Sequence record: MZ444140.1
Reading direction: 5' to 3' (one strand)
Length of the DNA stretch: 64,000 bases
Both the position numbers and the translations under genes were made by a program. Below the pieces are notes generated by a model that saw only the letters and a list, made by a program, of their open reading frames with translations, was not told where the DNA came from and did not search any database. This document shows, piece after piece, positions 60,701 to 64,000 of this stretch (its first letter is position 1; every line of letters starts with the position of its first letter).

Positions 60701-61062
60701 GGGGGGTCTTCATTACCTAGCGGTGATTCCCACACCCATAGCCGATCTTCAACGAACCAAGCATCACCGACATTATGCGTATCTAATGGTTTAATATCTT
60801 GTTCGAATGTTGCTAGATCAACATTAGCGATAATGTTAATAGCCGGACCAACTGGGCCAGGAGGGCCTTGTTCGCCATCTTTACCCGGCTGACCATCTTC
60901 ACCCTTTAATCCAGGTATAGTAACAGGATCAACGAAAGTAGTATTAAGACCCACCCCGGTAGAAACCGGGATGTGTCCATTAACTACAGAAGTGGGCTCA
61001 TCAATTGATGATACCCGTTTGGGGAGTTCCCCGTTTACATAATCTTCAAATGCAGAAGCCAT
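57781..61062 (-). CDS. Collagen-like repeat fibre protein (gp146-like), 1093 aa
   Basis: About 10 G-X-Y tracts (GPEGPQG etc.) alternating with short globular modules; beta-rich C-terminal domain. Confidence 0.85.
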   Translation of the reverse strand: MASAFEDYVNGELPKRVSSIDEPTSVVNGHIPVSTGVGLNTTFVDPVTIPGLKGEDGQPGKDGEQGPPGPVGPAINIIANVDLATFEQDIKPLDTHNVGDAWFVEDRLWVWESPLGNEDPPVKGRWVETGSLRGPDGTGLVIRGRWPNNLELPKTESNKPGDAYSWNNQLWAWMLISGNNPPENPTIDDYDWFPVTPQGERGPEGPEGPQGKDGEIGPEGPQGEPAMPFTIKDSLPSPADLPDPSVAKESEAYLVTMEAGKPEHLFIFVKGAWSDLGTFQGPEGPQGKPGNTGDPGPDGKQGEPGPQGRNLEVVKAVETADDLLTTTGVEQYQGVSVRSTNTVYVLTGQDPTVDISWTAMGSFRGPQGPEGPQGEDGEQGLPGEPGAQGKSAFQVALDNGFTGTEGEWLISLHGKNVVITGAVANEAALPADAPDQAAYFTQDTSTLFVKIDGNWVNSGTHRGPKGEDGAPGKDGDQGPEGPEGPEGPQGPAGEPIQIIAAIDTPEDTPPEALADNQWKAYTVKSTGEVFVNMDGSRWTSIGIMAGPQGKPGEGLNIKGVLTDASQLPKKDTDPDLVTGDSYWVETNEGTMLYTYQGQEIDGYIGPINLNGEQGIQGVEGPQGPEGKQGGGLLIIYVGDDAGKPVASADNVGKGIAIRTNTEGQVEVFVSIDTEGTFTWESLGVLAMGPQGPEGPEGKQGVPGIPGKTGQKGERGSSWVILPEGQTAPTSIDGNRGDWCIDKTGTVWYKDANWVVFYKLMSVPVSEVDPEDVDKKMVRYKLGWTELPVDEVVDAEVGVFYGRRKATADGAVEWTAIELPTPAIDAVPSPVVNAQYVRKGIAGGETEWATITFPEIPSDVVRDTAQATKPQGRVAGNWVDVAPLQTDDTLMGMQNGEWVAVPAAVIGEVPSEGANGTNYVREKTASGSKWTPVTIIVDQADATSGQLFLRNAAAKSWTLFQGPNNDVTADGDWLRSRTGTNITWKKLDKSFDAYSLKSSTFTGTALTITPANQQCYRVQTAANQTITLENGPVDRMITAVLVLLGKVAMPTLSSAVLQWNNGTPVIVDDLGDTKTVLTLLWDGTNWIVSKGAVI

Positions 61063-63431
61063 TATACTACTTCCTCAAGTTCGATTTTCATCAGTCCAGT
61101 GGTGTTGGACACAGCGTTTGCTGAGTCACAGTTATACCACTTATTGCCATCCTTGATGGTGTAGGTGTCAACTTGATTTGCATCATCCGCCTTATAAGTG
61201 AAGTTTAAGCTACCAGTAGAACCTTTAGATAGGTTACTGCAACGTAGTTTACCAGTATTGGTTACTTCAGTACCAATATCAGTTTCACGGTTCGGCCAAG
61301 CAGCCACACTTAGAGTGCGGAATACAAATCCACCTAGTACATAAGTACCACCATTTACACTATTAGCTTCAACACCAGCTAAACCTTTTAGAACCACACT
61401 GTTAAAATCGTAGGTTCCTTTAGGATCATCGTCATGTACTAGTAATGCACGTGTCCATACCTTACCAGTGGCATCAGATTTCCAATCCTCAGTAGCCCAC
61501 TTACCGCCAGGCGCATTCATGGCCGGAGCTGCACTTAGTTTCTGAGTAGAGGTTAAAGTAATGACATGACTTTGTACTTGGGTTCCAAAGTTACCACCTG
61601 AACGAAGGCGAGCAGCAGGGTAGGTAACCGTCGCAGTAGGTGCCGCATTTGCAATAGCCACAACAGCAGTAGCTGTAGCTACACTACCATTAGCTGCACG
61701 TTTAGCAGTAATTAATAGGTTATTAGTGCTGTCGTTATAAGTACCTGACTTATAAGTAACTACCTTAGCAATTTCTGCTTCATTTGCACTGGTTATAGTA
61801 AGCTGATCATTTGGTGAGGAATAAACCACACTATCAGCATTAGATACCGTATTGGCTACAGTAGCAGTTTCACCTACTTTAATAGCACTTTGACCAGACG
61901 GATAAGTTACTTGACCAATATTAACAACTGGGCGAAGATCGTTTAACTGCATAGTGTTAATTTTATCTTCGGAACCAGCATCACTGGAAGTAAACCATTC
62001 TGACCATGATCCAGTTGATTTCTGAACACGTACACGGAAACCATATGCCTTAGTAGTATTACCACGATCAGCTACGTAAAGACCAGTAACCTCTAGTTCT
62101 TTAGTAGGTGCAACAGTACCACTACTTTCTTTCAGTGCACCAAAGTCAGCAATTTCGTATGCTACTATATTTTCATCAGTAACAACTTTAATTGCAACAA
62201 GGTCATCTTCTTTAAGTTCTGTTTGACCTAACGGATAACCGCCAGTAAATACAGCACTGGTAATATTAGCGGGAGTATCGGCTAATACCTTAGTAGTGAA
62301 TTTAGCCCCATCGGCGTGTTCTACAACAATATCAGCATAACCTTCAGTAGTAGGTGCACCAAGATCAATATCGGCGGTAGCAATCCACATAGGTGGATTA
62401 ACGCCAGGAGTTACAACTGCATCTACGTTATTGATTTTAACACTAGGTACATAACTAGAATGTCCAGTTATTGCATCAACGATAACCCGAACATTACTAG
62501 TAGTCGATAGGCATGACTGTACGCTGTGTCCATCAGGGGTACGCACAATACTACCTACGTTCTGACTGGGATCAGTTGCTTGTACATCTTTGACGAATAC
62601 ACCGCCACTAATACCTTCGTTTTTAGGAAGGTTCTTAAGATCAACAATTGTTTCATCAACGCCTTCAACAATACGGATATTGCCGTCATTCTTGAATGCA
62701 ATGTAATCAGTTAAACTACCAATCTGGAATTCACCATTGTCATAAATACGAATTTCAGACTCAGGTAATTCGGGTAATGCACCTTGCGTAGTGGGTGCAG
62801 AGGCGTTCTTTAGATAAGAATAACCTTCTGCCTCCATACGACCTTGTTCCATCATACGCTGAGGTACTTTATCACCAGCAGTTAAGTCGTCTTGATTTAG
62901 ACGCTTATCAAACAGGAAAGCAAAGTTATGGAAAGCAGCGTTGGATGATAATCCACCATTCTTACCAGTTACACGCAGTACATCTTTAACTGTATAGCCT
63001 TGTTGATTTAAGAGTGTCTGGAGTAGTTCAGCAGTCATGGTTGCATGCAGTGATGTTAACCATTCCTGTTCAGTACCTTGGAAACCATTTTCCACAGCTA
63101 CTTCATATGCACTCTTACCAGCATCACCTTTAAGGGATGCTATAAACTCTTCTTCAGTACCAACGAAGCCTAGATCGACTGCGATTTGATAAGAAGATTT
63201 ACCTTTAAGCGAATCAAGCCATTCGGTTTCAGTTCCCTGGAAACCATTTTTAACGGCAATCTCGTACGCACTAAGACCGGGTGCCCCAGTCTGTAGTTTT
63301 GACAGCAGAAACTTATAGTTATCGACTTGACCAGCTGCATCGGTATGAATTAATTCAATATACTCGCTATCGTTAAGAGTAGCTAGATCCGGCAGTTGAC
63401 TGATCTTGCCTTTGTCTGTAGCATTTGCCAT
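61062..63431 (-). CDS. Fibre/virion protein (gp145-like), 789 aa
   Basis: Three N-terminal G.SAY..AV..GF.GTE.EW..SL repeats; Ig-like beta-rich C-terminal region; 1-nt TAATG overlap with the gp146-like gene. Confidence 0.75.
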   Translation of the reverse strand: MANATDKGKISQLPDLATLNDSEYIELIHTDAAGQVDNYKFLLSKLQTGAPGLSAYEIAVKNGFQGTETEWLDSLKGKSSYQIAVDLGFVGTEEEFIASLKGDAGKSAYEVAVENGFQGTEQEWLTSLHATMTAELLQTLLNQQGYTVKDVLRVTGKNGGLSSNAAFHNFAFLFDKRLNQDDLTAGDKVPQRMMEQGRMEAEGYSYLKNASAPTTQGALPELPESEIRIYDNGEFQIGSLTDYIAFKNDGNIRIVEGVDETIVDLKNLPKNEGISGGVFVKDVQATDPSQNVGSIVRTPDGHSVQSCLSTTSNVRVIVDAITGHSSYVPSVKINNVDAVVTPGVNPPMWIATADIDLGAPTTEGYADIVVEHADGAKFTTKVLADTPANITSAVFTGGYPLGQTELKEDDLVAIKVVTDENIVAYEIADFGALKESSGTVAPTKELEVTGLYVADRGNTTKAYGFRVRVQKSTGSWSEWFTSSDAGSEDKINTMQLNDLRPVVNIGQVTYPSGQSAIKVGETATVANTVSNADSVVYSSPNDQLTITSANEAEIAKVVTYKSGTYNDSTNNLLITAKRAANGSVATATAVVAIANAAPTATVTYPAARLRSGGNFGTQVQSHVITLTSTQKLSAAPAMNAPGGKWATEDWKSDATGKVWTRALLVHDDDPKGTYDFNSVVLKGLAGVEANSVNGGTYVLGGFVFRTLSVAAWPNRETDIGTEVTNTGKLRCSNLSKGSTGSLNFTYKADDANQVDTYTIKDGNKWYNCDSANAVSNTTGLMKIELEEVV

Positions 63432-63533
63432 TTTTATTTCCTTGCTGTATAAGAAACACTAACATGTTAGTCTTTCGAAGAAGACTCATACAGTAATGTA
63501 CTATTGCTAATGAGTAATATTTTAACAACATAA

Positions 63534-63553
63534 GAGAGTCCCGAAGGACTCTC
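63534..63553 (-). terminator. Hairpin terminator between the endolysin and gp145-like genes
   Basis: GAGAGTCC-cgaa-GGACTCTC. Confidence 0.75.
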
Positions 63554-63636
63554 AAAAAGTTACATTGACACAAGATGTGGTTTATCATGAGGGGAAGTTT
63601 CACATGATACCATAGACTCCATTCTATTGCTACATC

Positions 63637-64000
<364 letters not shown>

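Noticed and set aside
57781-63431. Diversity-generating retroelement or invertible tail-fibre cassette
   Set aside because: No reverse transcriptase or invertase, and no template/variable repeat pair with A-specific mismatches in this window.
63440-63636. Additional small hairpins between the endolysin and gp145-like genes (AGTCTT/AAGACT, TATCATG/CATGATA) as an ncRNA
   Set aside because: The stems are short and AT-rich, as expected by chance in this composition; only the GAGAGTCC hairpin is convincing.

Overview
This is a 64-kb segment of an AT-rich, lytic, nucleus-forming jumbo phage genome very close to Pseudomonas phage phiKZ (Phikzvirus). It runs antiparallel to phiKZ gene numbering, from about gp203 at the left edge to gp144 at the right edge. 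The identification rests on the gp144 endolysin C-terminus (near-identical to the phiKZ sequence as I recall it), a 2237-aa tail protein with a lytic transglycosylase domain, three split virion RNA polymerase subunits, the prohead protease, spike plus PAAR, SbcC, RNase H, a RecA-like protein and thymidylate kinase. The gp numbers are assigned from recalled synteny, not from a database search. I found no tRNA, rRNA, CRISPR array, intron or transposase. The most interesting observations are: (1) a Tad1-type immune-signal sponge fused to a protease-propeptide-like N-terminus and a fibre-like module, which suggests a virion-packaged anti-Thoeris/CBASS protein; (2) an intron-free vRNAP beta-prime gene with a sharply GC-rich synonymous patch exactly at the DFDGD catalytic codons; (3) a probable i-spanin/o-spanin pair far from the endolysin; (4) one hairpin repeat family occupying seven convergent gene junctions; (5) a 58-aa gene missed by the ORF track and a frameshifted gene; (6) several early membrane or secreted proteins of unknown function.
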